In this document: positions 52,030 to 64,000 of the stretch, in pieces | How positions within the stretch are numbered: the stretch's first letter is position 1 | How the letters are laid out: every line of letters begins with the position of its first letter | The notes under the pieces: generated by a model | Database searches by the model: none | What the model saw: only the letters and a program-made list of their open reading frames with translations | What the model was told of the DNA's origin: nothing | Assembly (NCBI RefSeq): GCF_964355755.1 | Contig: NC_092671.1 | Location: 37,520,304 to 37,584,303 of the forward strand | Source: Antedon mediterranea | Lineage: Eukaryota > Animalia > Echinodermata | Direction: 5' to 3' | Length of the DNA stretch: 64,000 nt | Position numbers and translations under genes: made by a program

Positions 52030-54024
52030 ATGGCTTCTGAAATTAACAATTTAACAGCTGTGTCAAATAGCTTCATATGGCTCTCTGATGATGTAATTGA
52101 AAATATGAGAGAAAGAGATAAACTCAAAAGAGAATGTAAACATTCTAAAAATGAATCACTCTGGAAAAGGTACAGAAAGTATAGAAATATGTGCAATAAA
52201 TTAATACGTAAAAGTAAAGCTAATTTTATTCAAGAAAGTATAAAAGAAAATAAAAACGATGTAAAAAAAACATGGGATACCATAAGATATATTATATCGT
52301 CAAAAAAGAAAACTCAAACTATTCAAACAATTTGCAATGATAATGGCGATGTCCTCTATAAAGCCAAGGACATCGCAAATGAAATTAATACATTTTTCTC
52401 AAATATAGGTTCAAATCTTGCATCACAAATACATGAGCCGATAAATGATATAAATTATGATGAAATCGATGCTTTCACCGAAAATAATTTTGAATTCGAA
52501 CACATCACATGTGAATTTGTATATAAATACTTAATTAATCTTTCAAAAAACAAAGCCACTGGTCATGATAACTTACCACCGGGCATTCTAAAACTGTCTG
52601 CCCCGATTATATCCCCAACAATTACAAGAATCATAAATCACTCCTTCACAACATGTAAATTCCCAAATACGTGGAAAATAGCAAAGGTCACGCCAATTTT
52701 TAAGAATGGTGAAAAAACTAACCCTAATAATTATCGTCCCATTTCCGTCCTACCTATACTTTCAAAAATAATTGAACGAGTCGTTTTTAATCAACTTTAT
52801 GCTTTTTTGAATAATAATAATCTGTTATGTATAAATCAATCAGGTTTTCGACCATCATACTCAACATCTACTGCACTTACAAAAGTGACGGAAGACTGGT
52901 ATAGTGCAATAGACGAGGGTAAGCTGGTCGGAATCTGTTTACTAGATTTTAAAAAGGCCTTTGATACGGTAAACCATAACATACTATTAAGCAAATTGAG
53001 ACTTTATGGTTTAAGTAAATATGTTTTAAAATGGTTCGAGAGCTATCTGTCTGAGCGAAAGCAATTCACAAATGTAAATAATACATTGTCTGACTATACA
53101 CACATCCAATGTGGAGTGCCTCAGGGGTCAATCGTGGGCCCACTTGCTTTCCTCTTATATATAAATGACCTATCGAAAGTTGCAAACAAATGTAAAATAA
53201 GTATGTATGCTGACGATACTATAATTTATTGTTCTTCAAAAAATGAAAATGAAATATACCAAAGTATAAATGAAGAACTTATACAAATCGACGATTGGCT
53301 AAAAAATAATAAATTGAGTCTAAATGTCTCTAAATCCGAGTTCATGTTGATCGGATCGACAAACCGATTGGCAACCACCAAAGAAAAAAATAGATCAGTT
53401 AATATAGATAACGATGTTGTACCACGCGTTCTATATTGCAAACATCTCGGTATCATAATAGACGAACATTTATCATGGAAAAATCAGATTGAATACATTC
53501 GAGGTAAAGCTCTAAATGGATTGGGTATGCTTAGACGATGTAGCTATTATTTTCCACAAAACATATTAAAACATATTGCAAACTCTATTTTAATACCTTA
53601 CTTGAGCTATTGTAACATAATTTGGGGAAATAGTAGTCAAACTCTAATGAAAAGAGTTCAAACTATCCAAAACAGAACAGCTCGAATCGTGTGTGGTCTA
53701 ACATGGGACACACCTAGTAGTGAGGCACTAAGGCAAATTAATTGGTCACCTTTATTTTATCAAGATAGATATGAATGTTGTATGGTTATATATAAGGTTT
53801 TGACAGATAATGCCCCACCTTACCTAAATAATGTATTTACATTCAATGATATAAATTATAATCTAAGGAACAGTGATACACATCTATTCATCCCAAAGCC
53901 AAAAACCGATTTTAAAAAACGAAGTCTGTCTTATCGTGGAGCAATTATATGGAATAGTCTCAATGTTGATACCCTTCCAAAATCAGTTAAGTTGTTTAAA
54001 ACGTATCTGAAAAATGCATTGTAA
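52030..54024 (+). CDS. LINE ORF2 RT and C-terminus (5'-truncated, no endonuclease), uninterrupted 664-aa frame
   Basis: KATGHD, NYRPISVLP, QSGFR, DFKKAFD, GVPQGSIVGP, MYADD, KHLG and IWNSL motifs. LINE similarity appears to start near WLSDDV (~52078). Confidence 0.95.
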   Translation: MASEINNLTAVSNSFIWLSDDVIENMRERDKLKRECKHSKNESLWKRYRKYRNMCNKLIRKSKANFIQESIKENKNDVKKTWDTIRYIISSKKKTQTIQTICNDNGDVLYKAKDIANEINTFFSNIGSNLASQIHEPINDINYDEIDAFTENNFEFEHITCEFVYKYLINLSKNKATGHDNLPPGILKLSAPIISPTITRIINHSFTTCKFPNTWKIAKVTPIFKNGEKTNPNNYRPISVLPILSKIIERVVFNQLYAFLNNNNLLCINQSGFRPSYSTSTALTKVTEDWYSAIDEGKLVGICLLDFKKAFDTVNHNILLSKLRLYGLSKYVLKWFESYLSERKQFTNVNNTLSDYTHIQCGVPQGSIVGPLAFLLYINDLSKVANKCKISMYADDTIIYCSSKNENEIYQSINEELIQIDDWLKNNKLSLNVSKSEFMLIGSTNRLATTKEKNRSVNIDNDVVPRVLYCKHLGIIIDEHLSWKNQIEYIRGKALNGLGMLRRCSYYFPQNILKHIANSILIPYLSYCNIIWGNSSQTLMKRVQTIQNRTARIVCGLTWDTPSSEALRQINWSPLFYQDRYECCMVIYKVLTDNAPPYLNNVFTFNDINYNLRNSDTHLFIPKPKTDFKKRSLSYRGAIIWNSLNVDTLPKSVKLFKTYLKNAL

Positions 54025-54432
54025 AACATAATGGTATGGTAATCTACGATCTACATCCAACTTTTAAAATGGCTAAATACTATGTAAAATGTGTGTTTTA
54101 TCACTATTATTTTAACGTCAATGAAATCCAAAAGATTTATTATGTATTACAGTTGAATCCCCATGAATTATACACTTCGATAAGGGTTTCCGTTTACACA
54201 GGAAGTACCGGTATGGTGTACCCTAAATAGAGGTGTCAGATGAAGGGGATTCTGCTGTAATTTTGTTTCTTTTCAATTTCAATTTTTTTCGTTTCTGTTG
54301 TATTTATATGGTGTTGATTTTTTTTGTTTTGTAATACAGTATCACGAACTTGTGTAAAAACAATCAATATTGATTGAACAAGTTGTACTGCACATCAGTC
54401 TCGTGTCTAAATAAAGTTTATATATATATATA
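52060..54432 (+). mobile_element. CR1/L2-group LINE, 5'-truncated
   Basis: RT ORF followed by a 3'UTR with a stem-loop (~54345-54390), AATAAA and a (TA)n tail. The 5' boundary is approximate. Confidence 0.9.
54150..54257. mobile_element. Tc1/mariner-type MITE in the LINE 3'UTR
   Basis: TA-CAGTTGAATCCCC...GGGGATTCTGCTG-TA. Confidence 0.7.
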
Positions 54433-55653
54433 AACAGTGCCGAAATACAAAAGGATTATAATACAAAAGGTTAATACTGTAATTAGAATTGCTATCCCAC
54501 ACTACAAAATTAATAAAACGCTTATGTGTCATTTATCCGTCATACGTTAACCATGGAGTAAAGAATATTCCATGCGTTAACAAAATAAAGGTTTACTGTA
54601 CTATTTTTAATAATGTTAATGAATGTTTGTTTTATAAAGGCGAATGGCAAAAAAAATTCAGAAAAGGTATCGCAAAAATACAATTTATATTCACATAAAA
54701 ACAAGATATTACGGGAGACCATGGAGTCTCCATACAAAAATATGACATTTTTGATACGCCGTACACAAACAGGTCGCAAACCGGCGAAGGTAGTCGGGAG
54801 CAGACGCAGCCTGTTGACCGAATTTATTATCACATGATCTACATTCTATAGTACACGCATACTATCGCGACCGGACGAAGTAAATCGAAGTTTATAGCCA
54901 TGTTATTATTACTAATGTACAGTATATAATTGTTTTTATTTTATACACGATGGTGCGTGATCAAAAGGTCAAATCACTCTTTATAGAAAGCCGACACAAA
55001 CCGAAGAATATTATTTAACTTGTCTCTAAATATAACTTTTTATTGAGGAATTTGGCGATCTGGTTCAATTGTCATACAAAATGTAGGCCCCCGTGTAGGC
55101 CTATACAGTAGGCCTGTAATACAACATTTATTGTAGGTGTACCCCACTGTACAGAGAGGGTTAATCGTAAATTTGTGGACTCTTTTGCTGTGTAGCGTAC
55201 ATACAAAGTACACGAGGTACGCGTCGGTAAACTTCGCCTGGAAAGTAACTACGTATTTTGGTACCTGGATGGAACATGATATATCACGCGTAAACCGCAA
55301 GGAGCCGGGCCCACTGTTGAACCATTTGTACAAAGGGACACCTCGCGTTCCCCGAACGGACGATCGAAGTAGCCTAGTTTCGCGACTGCCTGGCTACCCG
55401 GTGACATCACACAACACACAACAGTCGCAAGCGGACGCAAGGCGACGCACCAGAGTTCGATAAATCGTTCAACGTACAGACGCGACCGGTCGCAAGTTTC
55501 TGTGTCGGTATTGAAGGGCGGGGCTACAACAGGAATCCTCATGAATATGTAAATTAGAATTTAATGAGATAAATTAAATTACGGTCGCGTGCAGACGGAC
55601 TGCTATTTTTAGACGCGATACACTTCGTCCGATATTTAGTGGAGATGACGCCT

Positions 55654-55795
55654 AAATATGCTATATGTATAAATATGCTATATGCATAAATATGCTATAA
55701 AATATACTATATGTATAAATATGCTATATGCATAAATATGCTATATGTATACATATGCTATATGCATAAATATGCTATATGTATACATATGCTAC
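55654..55795. repeat. 17-bp minisatellite (AAATATGCTATATGYAT)
   Basis: About 8 units directly abutting the right TIR at 55652. Confidence 0.9.
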
Positions 55796-56070
55796 AACAT
55801 TTACAGTTTCCTGATTTTTTTTTTTTTCCATATAAATGTGTCGATTTAACTTTTGTGGAACGAGGTCGGAACATGAACTAAATAATGTAAATATAACTTA
55901 TCATGCATCCCCAGTTGCAGATTTATACAGCTGAAACTATAAACATTTAAATTAGCCCAGAAGCAAGACTCATTAGAAAGGAAAATATAAATAATTATGA
56001 TAATTAATCAACCATATTTGGCACATCACACTTTTTTGTCAAACTAGTTTGATAATGTAGACAGAGCTTT

Positions 56071-56895
56071 AAGGGTTGTTTTGTAACATTATTTCTTGTC
56101 TAAACCTCTGTGTGAACATATGCTAATACTATTACATTATATAATATTAAGGGTTGTTTTGTAACATTATTTCTTGCTATGAACCTACTATGTGAACTCA
56201 TGTTTACCTGACCACATTATTACATTATATAATATGTAAAACTTAAACGGTTGTTTTGTAACATTATTTAATGCTATGAACCTACTGTGTGAACTCATGG
56301 TTACCTGATCACATTATTACATTATATAATATCATGTAAAACTTAAAGGTTGTTTTGTAACATTATTTCTTGCTATGAACCTACTATGTGAACTCATGGT
56401 TACCTGATCACATTATTACATTATATAATATATCATGTAAAACTTAAAGGTTGTTTTGTAACATTATTTCTTGTTATGAACCTACTGTGTGAACTCATGG
56501 TTACCTGATCACATTATTACATTATATAATATCATGTAAAACTTAAAGGTTGTTTTGTAACATTATTTCTTGCTATGAACCTACTATGTGAACTCATGGT
56601 TACCTGATCACATTATTACATTATATAATATCATGTAAAACTTAAAGGTTGTTTTGTAACATTATTTCTTGCTATGAACCTACTGTGTGAACTCATGGCT
56701 ACCTGATCACATTATTACATTATATAATACCATGTAAAACTTAAAGGTTGTTTTGTAACATTATTTCTTGTTATGAACCTACTATGTGAACTCATGGTTA
56801 CCTGATCACATTATTACATTATATAATATCATGTAAAACTTAAAGGTTGTTTTGTAACATTATTTCTTGAACCTACTGTGTGTGAACTCATGCTT
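56071..56895. repeat. 99-bp tandem repeat, ~8.5 units
   Basis: GGTTGTTTTGTAACATTAT recurs at 56348, 56449, 56548, 56647, 56746 and 56845; the first units are more diverged. Confidence 0.95.
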
Positions 56896-57430
56896 AACTT
56901 GAGTATAATAGCATTAGTATCTAGCAAGGTTCCTGAGGTTGTTCTGTAACCTTTTTCTATCGTAAACCAGTCCGTTCAGCGTGACAGTATTATCACAGCC
57001 TTTGGGTTCTTTTGCAGCTATGCCTTCCTGACATGTAATAATATTATCACGGTTTTAAACTACTAATTTGATTTGGTTGTGTCATCTGTATCATACGTGA
57101 ATAGATTTCTTAACATATTTCGCACATAATTCTCTCTACATTATGTATCCTATGTGAATTACACAAGTGCTGTTAATAGTCAAGAATTAAAATAAATCGC
57201 ATAAAATTGTACAAAATGTTGAATTTTAATTGTATTTGCCAAAATTAATCAGAGGGTATTTCTCCTGAAAATTAAAAGAAATGGCATAAAATTGTATGAA
57301 ATGTTGAATTTGAATTGTATTTGCCAAAATTAATCCGAGGATATTTCTCCTGAAAAAGAAATGGCATAAAATTATACGAAATGTTGAATTTTAATTGTAT
57401 TTTGGAGGATATTTCTTCTGACAGTGATAG

Positions 57431-57883
57431 TCAATCATTTCATCTGATCCTTTTGTGCACAAAGTCGTTGTTAACAGTGCATTAGTGTATATTCTGTACA
57501 ATAGTCATTATAAATAAGCTGTGTAACAGTATTTGTTTCAAAATCATACCATCGAGGGTTATCAATTTGATTAATTGGAGTGTATTTCTCCTGTCAATCA
57601 TTTCATCTGATCCTTTTGTGCACAAAGTCGTTGTTAACAGTGCATTAGTGTATATTCTGTACAATAGTCATTATAAATAAGCTGTGTAACAGTATTTGTT
57701 TCAAAATCATACCATCGAGGGTTATCAATTTGATTAATTGGAGGGTATTTCTCCTGTCAATCATTTCATCTGATCCTTTTGTTCATAAAGTTGTTGTTAA
57801 CAGTGCATTAGTGTATATTCTGTACAATAGTCATTATAAATAAGCTGTGTAACAGTATTTGTTTCAAAATCATACCATCGAGG
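57431..57883. repeat. 163-bp tandem repeat, ~2.8 units
   Basis: TCAATCATTTCATCTGATCC at 57431, 57594 and 57757; preceded by a ~85-bp repeat at 57195-57420. Confidence 0.93.
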
Positions 57884-60800
57884 TTTAGTGTAACTTAACA
57901 AACACATAAAACGTTCCCGTAGTTCTCGTTGTCCCAGATACGCAAACACATAAAACAAAACAAAAAAACGCACTATATTTGTTTTATCTTTTATCGTAGA
58001 TTTGTAATTATACGACAGATTTGATATTAGCTGTATAAATTTAATGAAATTTCTATGTCTTCATTTATATGGCAGATATAAATTGAATACAAATTTGGAA
58101 TACAACTTTATATATGTGGCAGTTATTGGTGTACTGGCATTTAATCTTTCAGACAGATAGGTCATGAACACAACATAAACTTTAAAATATAATACATAAA
58201 AAAGAGATATTGTCCCCCTGGAAAAATATTTTTGGTTGAATATGCCATTTTAATGTCACATAATATTTATTTAAATTGAATAACTTCATTGAAACTACCA
58301 TTGTTAGGTATTTAAAGTTTGATTTTATTCATCTCATCTGGTTATGGACCCAAGGTCCTGGGTTCAAGTCCTGTCATGTCAGGATTTGTTCTAATTCTAA
58401 TGCGATTTACAACTCCACTCCGTTACGTTCTTGTGTTGCGAATTAATTCGCTTATGGTTATCCTTGGCAATTTGCCTAAATAAATTTTTTTTTGAAAATC
58501 TTGAAATCATGAAAAAGCCAAAAACTCTTTTATTTATAAATACTGGACGTAGGCCTACTGTAAGAAACTGTAAGTTACATACAATACATGGTTCACAACA
58601 AAGTTATGTCCTGAAAGGTTTCAATCTGTTCAAAGGATTGTGAAGGCTGAAAATGTTTACCGTAAAATAAATTGCTTCAGAAGTATCAGTTATTTGAAAT
58701 TAAAGTGACAATTAATCTATAATATAGTATTAAAATTAAATAAAAGCCCAAGAGAAATACCTATTAAATTATATCAGTTTTGTGAATGAAAAAATAAATT
58801 AAAAAGATGCAGAAGAAATTCATCATTTATGATGTTTTGGCGTTTCTTTTTGTACTCGAGAAATGATGACGCTACTACATTGGATTTCTTCCTCTTAAGG
58901 GCGTGGTTGCGGACGATTCCATTATCCGATAGGGGTGCTAAACGGATTTTCTCTTTCGTAATTGTATCCCCTCTTAGGAGACAGAGGACTATATTGTCGG
59001 TTTATCCAGGTAAGCAACACTCATAGACTACTAACACCACTGTTGGTTTGTGTAATTTAACTTACGGAATTTCATACCTGAATTGGAGCAATTAAAAATA
59101 TAAGACTTTAGCATTTAGATTCAGCACAACCATGTAATTGTACCTTGCCAGTGATTCAGCATAACCAGCTGTTTTTGTTTCATATTCAGTTATAATTAAC
59201 TTATTGATGAAATATTTTGCATACATAATTCAGTTGAAAACACTGTTTATTTTAGGATTTACTAAGTATGCTAATTTACACAGATGTCACCATAGGCCTG
59301 AGGTAAATGTTAAATTAACAAGTCGCTTTCACACTCACTGTATAATACTTCCCCATTTTTACACTTAAAATCAGACCGTCGTGATTATTAACTTAGTATT
59401 AAATTGAATTTGTTTATTTTCTATGGTGATTTTAAATATAGGTCACATTCTTATGCAACACAAATTTGTTACCAAGTTACTTGGTTTTTGAGAAATGTTG
59501 TACTAAATAAAATGTTGATAAATGCAAAGTTTGACAAAGAAATTGTAAAGCTTTGTCTAGACTATCAAACTAGTTTGACAAAAGTGTGATGTGCTCAAAT
59601 GTGGTAGTGATATGCCCAAATATATTATATCATCATATCCATATAAGGGCACATAACATTTGTTTGTCAATAAAATTTGATAGTGTAGACAGAGCTTTAC
59701 AAACTGTCCGGTTTGATCAAATAGTTATTATCCATAAAACTTGGTTTTATGCAAGAGCTCTGTAGCTTCAGATGTCTTCTCTCTAGAGGGCTCACTTTAT
59801 AATGTTAAAAATATTTCTGAAAAGTTGGGAAGGCAAAATACTAAAGTAAAATTTTTATTTACAGTTGTGATTTTCTTAATATAGTATAGAACCCAAGGAG
59901 AGAGAATAACAGTATATGTGTTTTTGTGGTGTCCACTTAAAGCATCTTTCACACCTCCTTCTGGTCACGCTCTAGCATTGCATCTCAATGTTTTGTTTTC
60001 TTGAGGCCCTATGTGACTATATGCGCCTTTCCTTTTACTTGATATGAAATGAAGTTACTAATCCAACTGGAACTTGAGCCGTACTGGAGCATTTTAAAGA
60101 CATTTAAGTTAATTAATTACAGAAGTCAGTATAACAAATTATGCTTATTTTCTTTACATTAAAACAATGAACTCATTTTAAATCATATTTGAACCTAATT
60201 TAACCATATAACAATACGTTTCATTGAAATGTAAAGTTAGTTGATCAAACATATGAGTATAAATAAAATAAAACATAAATTAAAATTATGAACTCTCACT
60301 TTTCATTCTGGGTTATCATTTTAAATCATATTTGAACTTAATGTAACAATACGTTTCATTGATAAACGAAAGTCGTTCTTGCACAACATGAAGGTTTGCG
60401 TTTAACATTTATTGTGATTCATCGTGAGGATATTTATCATTATCAGATGCTCTCGAGAATTGCAAATCTTTTTACGCAAAGCATTTTGTAAACAGTTTTT
60501 GTATATTTTTAATGTCATTATATATTAGTAAACTCATCAGGTAACACTATATTCACAGCTCAATTGTCTGATTAGTATTATAAGTTGATAATAATCCCTT
60601 GTACTGTAATCAATAACCTGTCCACCCCCTGGAGTAGATTCGTTTAGCCCCTCGGTGGAGTTGAGGTGATATTTAAAACACTACCAGTGAGTGCATTGTC
60701 TTTATTCATATACTTTGAACTTTTACTCCTGGCATGTATGATAAATAATGTCATTCACATTACACTACTAGTTTTTTCAATAAGAAAAGGAAAAATAATG

Positions 60801-61807
60801 ACGCATATACCTGCATAGGCCGCCAAGGAAACAAAACACTGACGCCTTAATATAGAAATTTTAGCGGGATTTACCATGGAGATCAGACAGTTAAAATTAC
60901 TGGGCCTTTAGTATTTATGAAACACGGATTAATTTTTTATTTGAACATTACAATATAATTGTAAAGAAAATAGTCAAATCACAAACTCGCAAGCTTTTTA
61001 ATAATGTATACATAATATTATAATTAGTAGTACCTAGGCCCACTGAAATTAAACAGAATAATATTTTGGTTCGGTGCTGGCATTACATTTTCTCAATTTT
61101 CCCTAAATTTCTTTTACTTTTTTCCATAGTTCTTCAAAACCATTAACATGAATTTTTGAAGTGAGCCCTCTTGTTTACTATTATATTCTTGCTTTATTTT
61201 CAACTTGCAAAATGTGGTTTGCTGCCATCACGGTGTTGCATAAAAGATTTTCCTCTGTGAGACCAAGGAGGTATTTTGAATTCAGCCGTTCTGATTAATA
61301 TATTTAATTTATATACAGTACTACAATTACACTCATGTTTCAATTATTTTGGATTATATTAATAATTCCTGAAATGATAACATTATATTGCAACTACAGT
61401 CATCAACATAAGACAAATTTAATAAAAATGTGAGAATTTTAATTATGGACTTGTTTTATATATTTGGATGTTCGTGTCAGTAACATGCTATTTAATATAA
61501 ACAAGTTTGAACCAGGCCTATATAGTAACGTTTCATATATTTTTATATTATTGTATTTTTTATATGTACTAAATTTAGTATGTGGGGAATAATATATTTG
61601 TATTCAACAATCATTTAAAAGTAAAAGTATTTCCAGTGTTTGGAATTAATTTTATATCAATATGCAAAATTATACATTGTGTATATACATAAAGATAAGC
61701 TAACTCAAACTTGTTTATTTCTTTTTATACATTTTGTAAAATAGGGGTTACAAGAAAAGGAAAAAAAAAATTCTTTAGCCTATTCAAACATCAAGAAAAA
61801 TATGATT

Positions 61808-62130
61808 CATTTGTTTGTTTGTTTGTTTGTTTTATATTTATACTGGGTGACCTCTTCAGTCAAAGACTGATCTCCCAGAGGGCCCAGTTGGTGATCAGTG
61901 GCTGTGATGTACTAATACACCGGGGTAACCCCCTACTCGTCTCGAAAGATGTACTAGGTTCTTTAAAGTGCACACGAGCAAGTTGTGTACACTGGACCTA
62001 CGGTTTATAGTCCTTATCCGAGAAGACTCGTTCTACCACCAGAACCATGGAGTGAGTGAGCCTCGAACCCCTGCCGATGTTATGGCTACGTGATTACGGT
62101 TCCACTGTCTTAACCGCTCGGCCACTCACT
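61808..62130 (-). mobile_element. Full-length tRNA-derived SINE with Deu-like core and LINE-like tail
   Basis: A box TGGCCGAGCGG, B box GGTTCGAGGC, core GCACTTTAAAGAACCTAGTACATCTTTCGAGACGAGTAGGGGGTTACCCCGGTG, 3' stem-loop and (AAAC)n tail. Confidence 0.88.
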
Positions 62131-62348
62131 CATTTACATAGTAACAATATACAATACCAATTTTGTATTCTATATTGAGGACTATATAAACCTACCATCT
62201 ACAGTATATCATAAATCTTCTTTTCTATCATAGTAGAAATCATACACTTTATAAATGGAGCCTAACTAATAGCATTTCACATAATATTAATAAGTAGAAC
62301 AGTATAGGTTGTCTGACATTTGAAGACTATAGGCTATGGTGACATTAA

Positions 62349-63000
62349 GACCCCATTTACACTTACGATTTAGGCCGGCCCTGGGTCGGCCCTGGGTCGG
62401 CAATTGATAAGTGTAAATACTCCAAAAAGTTAGGCCGGCCCTGGGCCGGACGCAGATCTGGGCCACCTCTCCAGGTAGGTTCAGGAGCGGCTTTTACGTT
62501 TGGGCCGGCTTACGCAGTGAACCGTGAACAACGTTTGACCTTTTTATGAGGTTGTTGTTATGACGATCCGACATTCTCAGTACATGCCTTCCTCCTTTTC
62601 GGGCAACAATTTGTTTTCTTCACCATTTATATAGTTAAATTTATTTTTAGACATCTTCTTTCAATAAAGTATTCCTCCGCTTGTTTCGCATATACATAAA
62701 ATACAGCCATATTATATATAAAACAGTGGGGTTCATTTTGTTTTTAATGGGACAAAAAACAACAATACAGTATAAATATAAAACGGTCGGTTCGCGCGGA
62801 GAGTTGAATTGACGATCGAGAGAGAAAAATTTAAACAAACTGTACTTCGTATCCCAGCATGCAATGGTACTTCCGATAAAATTATTTACGACCAGTAATC
62901 TGCGTCGCTAGTGTAAACGCTGTGGGGCCGGCCTAAAAGGTAAATATTTGCAACCGGCCCAGGACCGGCCCTGGACCCAAACGTAAGTGTAAATGGGGTC
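62349..63000. mobile_element. PIF/Harbinger-like non-autonomous element
   Basis: 19-bp TIR GACCCCATTTACACTTACG; TAA/TTA flanks; subterminal CCGGCCCTGG repeats. Confidence 0.85.
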
Positions 63001-63303
63001 TTAGCTAAAGTGTGTATATTATTGATTCCAGTGAGAGATTAAATATTATCTCAAATGCATGTCACCATATCATTTTTCTGTCTAATTGTTGAACGTTCTA
63101 CTCTATAATGTTTTGTACAATGAAAATAAACATGAACTTCAGAACTGGAAATTTATGTTGTATCCTATGAAAATAGGTTTTTGTTTTCATTTTGAATTCT
63201 ATAGAAAGTTATAAAAGTGAAGAAAAAAATTTTTAGTCGGGACTGTTGTAGTTATTAAGTGGGTGGGTGGACCTCTGGATGACCTACGACATAGGCATAC
63301 AAA

Positions 63304-63365
63304 TGGAGCTGTAGTTTCGTTGTTAATGTGCTTGCCTTCCAATTCCAAGGTCCGGGGTTCAATCC
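63304..63365 (+). mobile_element. Degenerate tRNA-derived SINE head
   Basis: GGTCCGGGGTTCAATCC B-box with a decayed A-box; similar piece at ~58340-58390. Confidence 0.5.
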
Positions 63366-63718
63366 TTTTTTCTTTTTTTAATAGTCCATATGTACTGTCA
63401 CACTTTCTAACAACATGTTTGCAGTCTAGCAATATTCAACAAATTAAATCTACAATAATAATGCATTTAATCAATATTTTAGTAATTAAATAAAATTATT
63501 CCAAATTAAATCCATCCAGTTTGTAATATTGCTTTATATTGTAATCTGCTGCCACGGTATTAAAAATTAATGATAATGATTGATGCTCAACAAGAAATAC
63601 TTGTTTGCAGTTTCATCATTGGCAATGACAAATTGAAGCTTGTTTAAATTCATCGATATAAATTAGTGTCCGTAAAATTTGATGAGTAGAATGGGATGAC
63701 TGACTAGATTTTATTTAA

Positions 63719-64000
63719 AGATATTTTGTCCCCAAAACAATTTTGAAAAAAAAAATGTTATTGTCACACTATTTACTTTGACCAAAAACTGGATTGAAAA
63801 AAAAATTATTTACCTGAAAAAAAATGTAATTTAAAGCAAGAAATACTTAAATTGTAAAACAATGGTTTTTGGTTAAAATTAAACATTTTGTCTTTTTGAA
63901 GTGAAATAATTATATATTTTTTTTTACAGAAGGGAATTACTTTTTTAAAACTGCAAAATGGCCTATTAAATATAAAGTCTGATTTATTAATCATGTTTTT
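63719..64000. mobile_element. Kolobok-like MITE running off the window end
   Basis: TTAA-AGATATTTTGTCCCC start, matching the 5239-5590 family. Confidence 0.65.

Larger units (their letters stand above)
49659..55652. mobile_element. ~6-kb TIR-bounded non-autonomous element (Harbinger-like ends) containing a LINE
   Basis: TIR GGC(C/G)TCATCTCCACTAAATATCGGACG at both ends; TAG/TAA flanks; inverted subterminal homology blocks; no transposase ORF seen. Confidence 0.7.

Noticed and set aside
62040-62130. tRNA gene
   Set aside because: A/B boxes continue into a SINE core and tail; no complete cloverleaf.

Overview
AT-rich animal genomic DNA with spliceosomal GT-AG introns; a Deu-type SINE suggests an invertebrate deuterostome, possibly an echinoderm (inference). 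It is not prokaryotic and has no CRISPR array. Two host genes are well supported and lie tail-to-tail. (1) The last two coding exons of a caspase-8/10-like gene (+, 3886-5126; SHG and QACQG motifs); its upstream exons are outside the window. (2) A complete Bax inhibitor-1/TMBIM6 gene (-, 8 coding exons, 17882 down to 8536, 234 aa rebuilt by hand from splice sites), which the ORF track mostly misses. The rest is dense in transposons: two large CR1/L2-group LINEs plus 3' fragments, about 25 copies of one PIF/Harbinger-like MITE with an expandable 21-bp unit, other MITEs, a Helentron-associated element, tRNA-derived SINEs, VNTRs and a ~730-bp CT tract. Most notable: three 22-43 bp palindromes with 7-bp TSDs that resemble P-element excision footprints; two decayed Penelope-type hammerhead ribozymes; compound inverted repeats bracketing the caspase catalytic exons; a ~6-kb TIR element with permuted subterminal modules enclosing an uninterrupted RT ORF; and a candidate 3-exon micro-ORF transcript. 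All coordinates were read by eye. Family assignments rest on motifs, not database searches.
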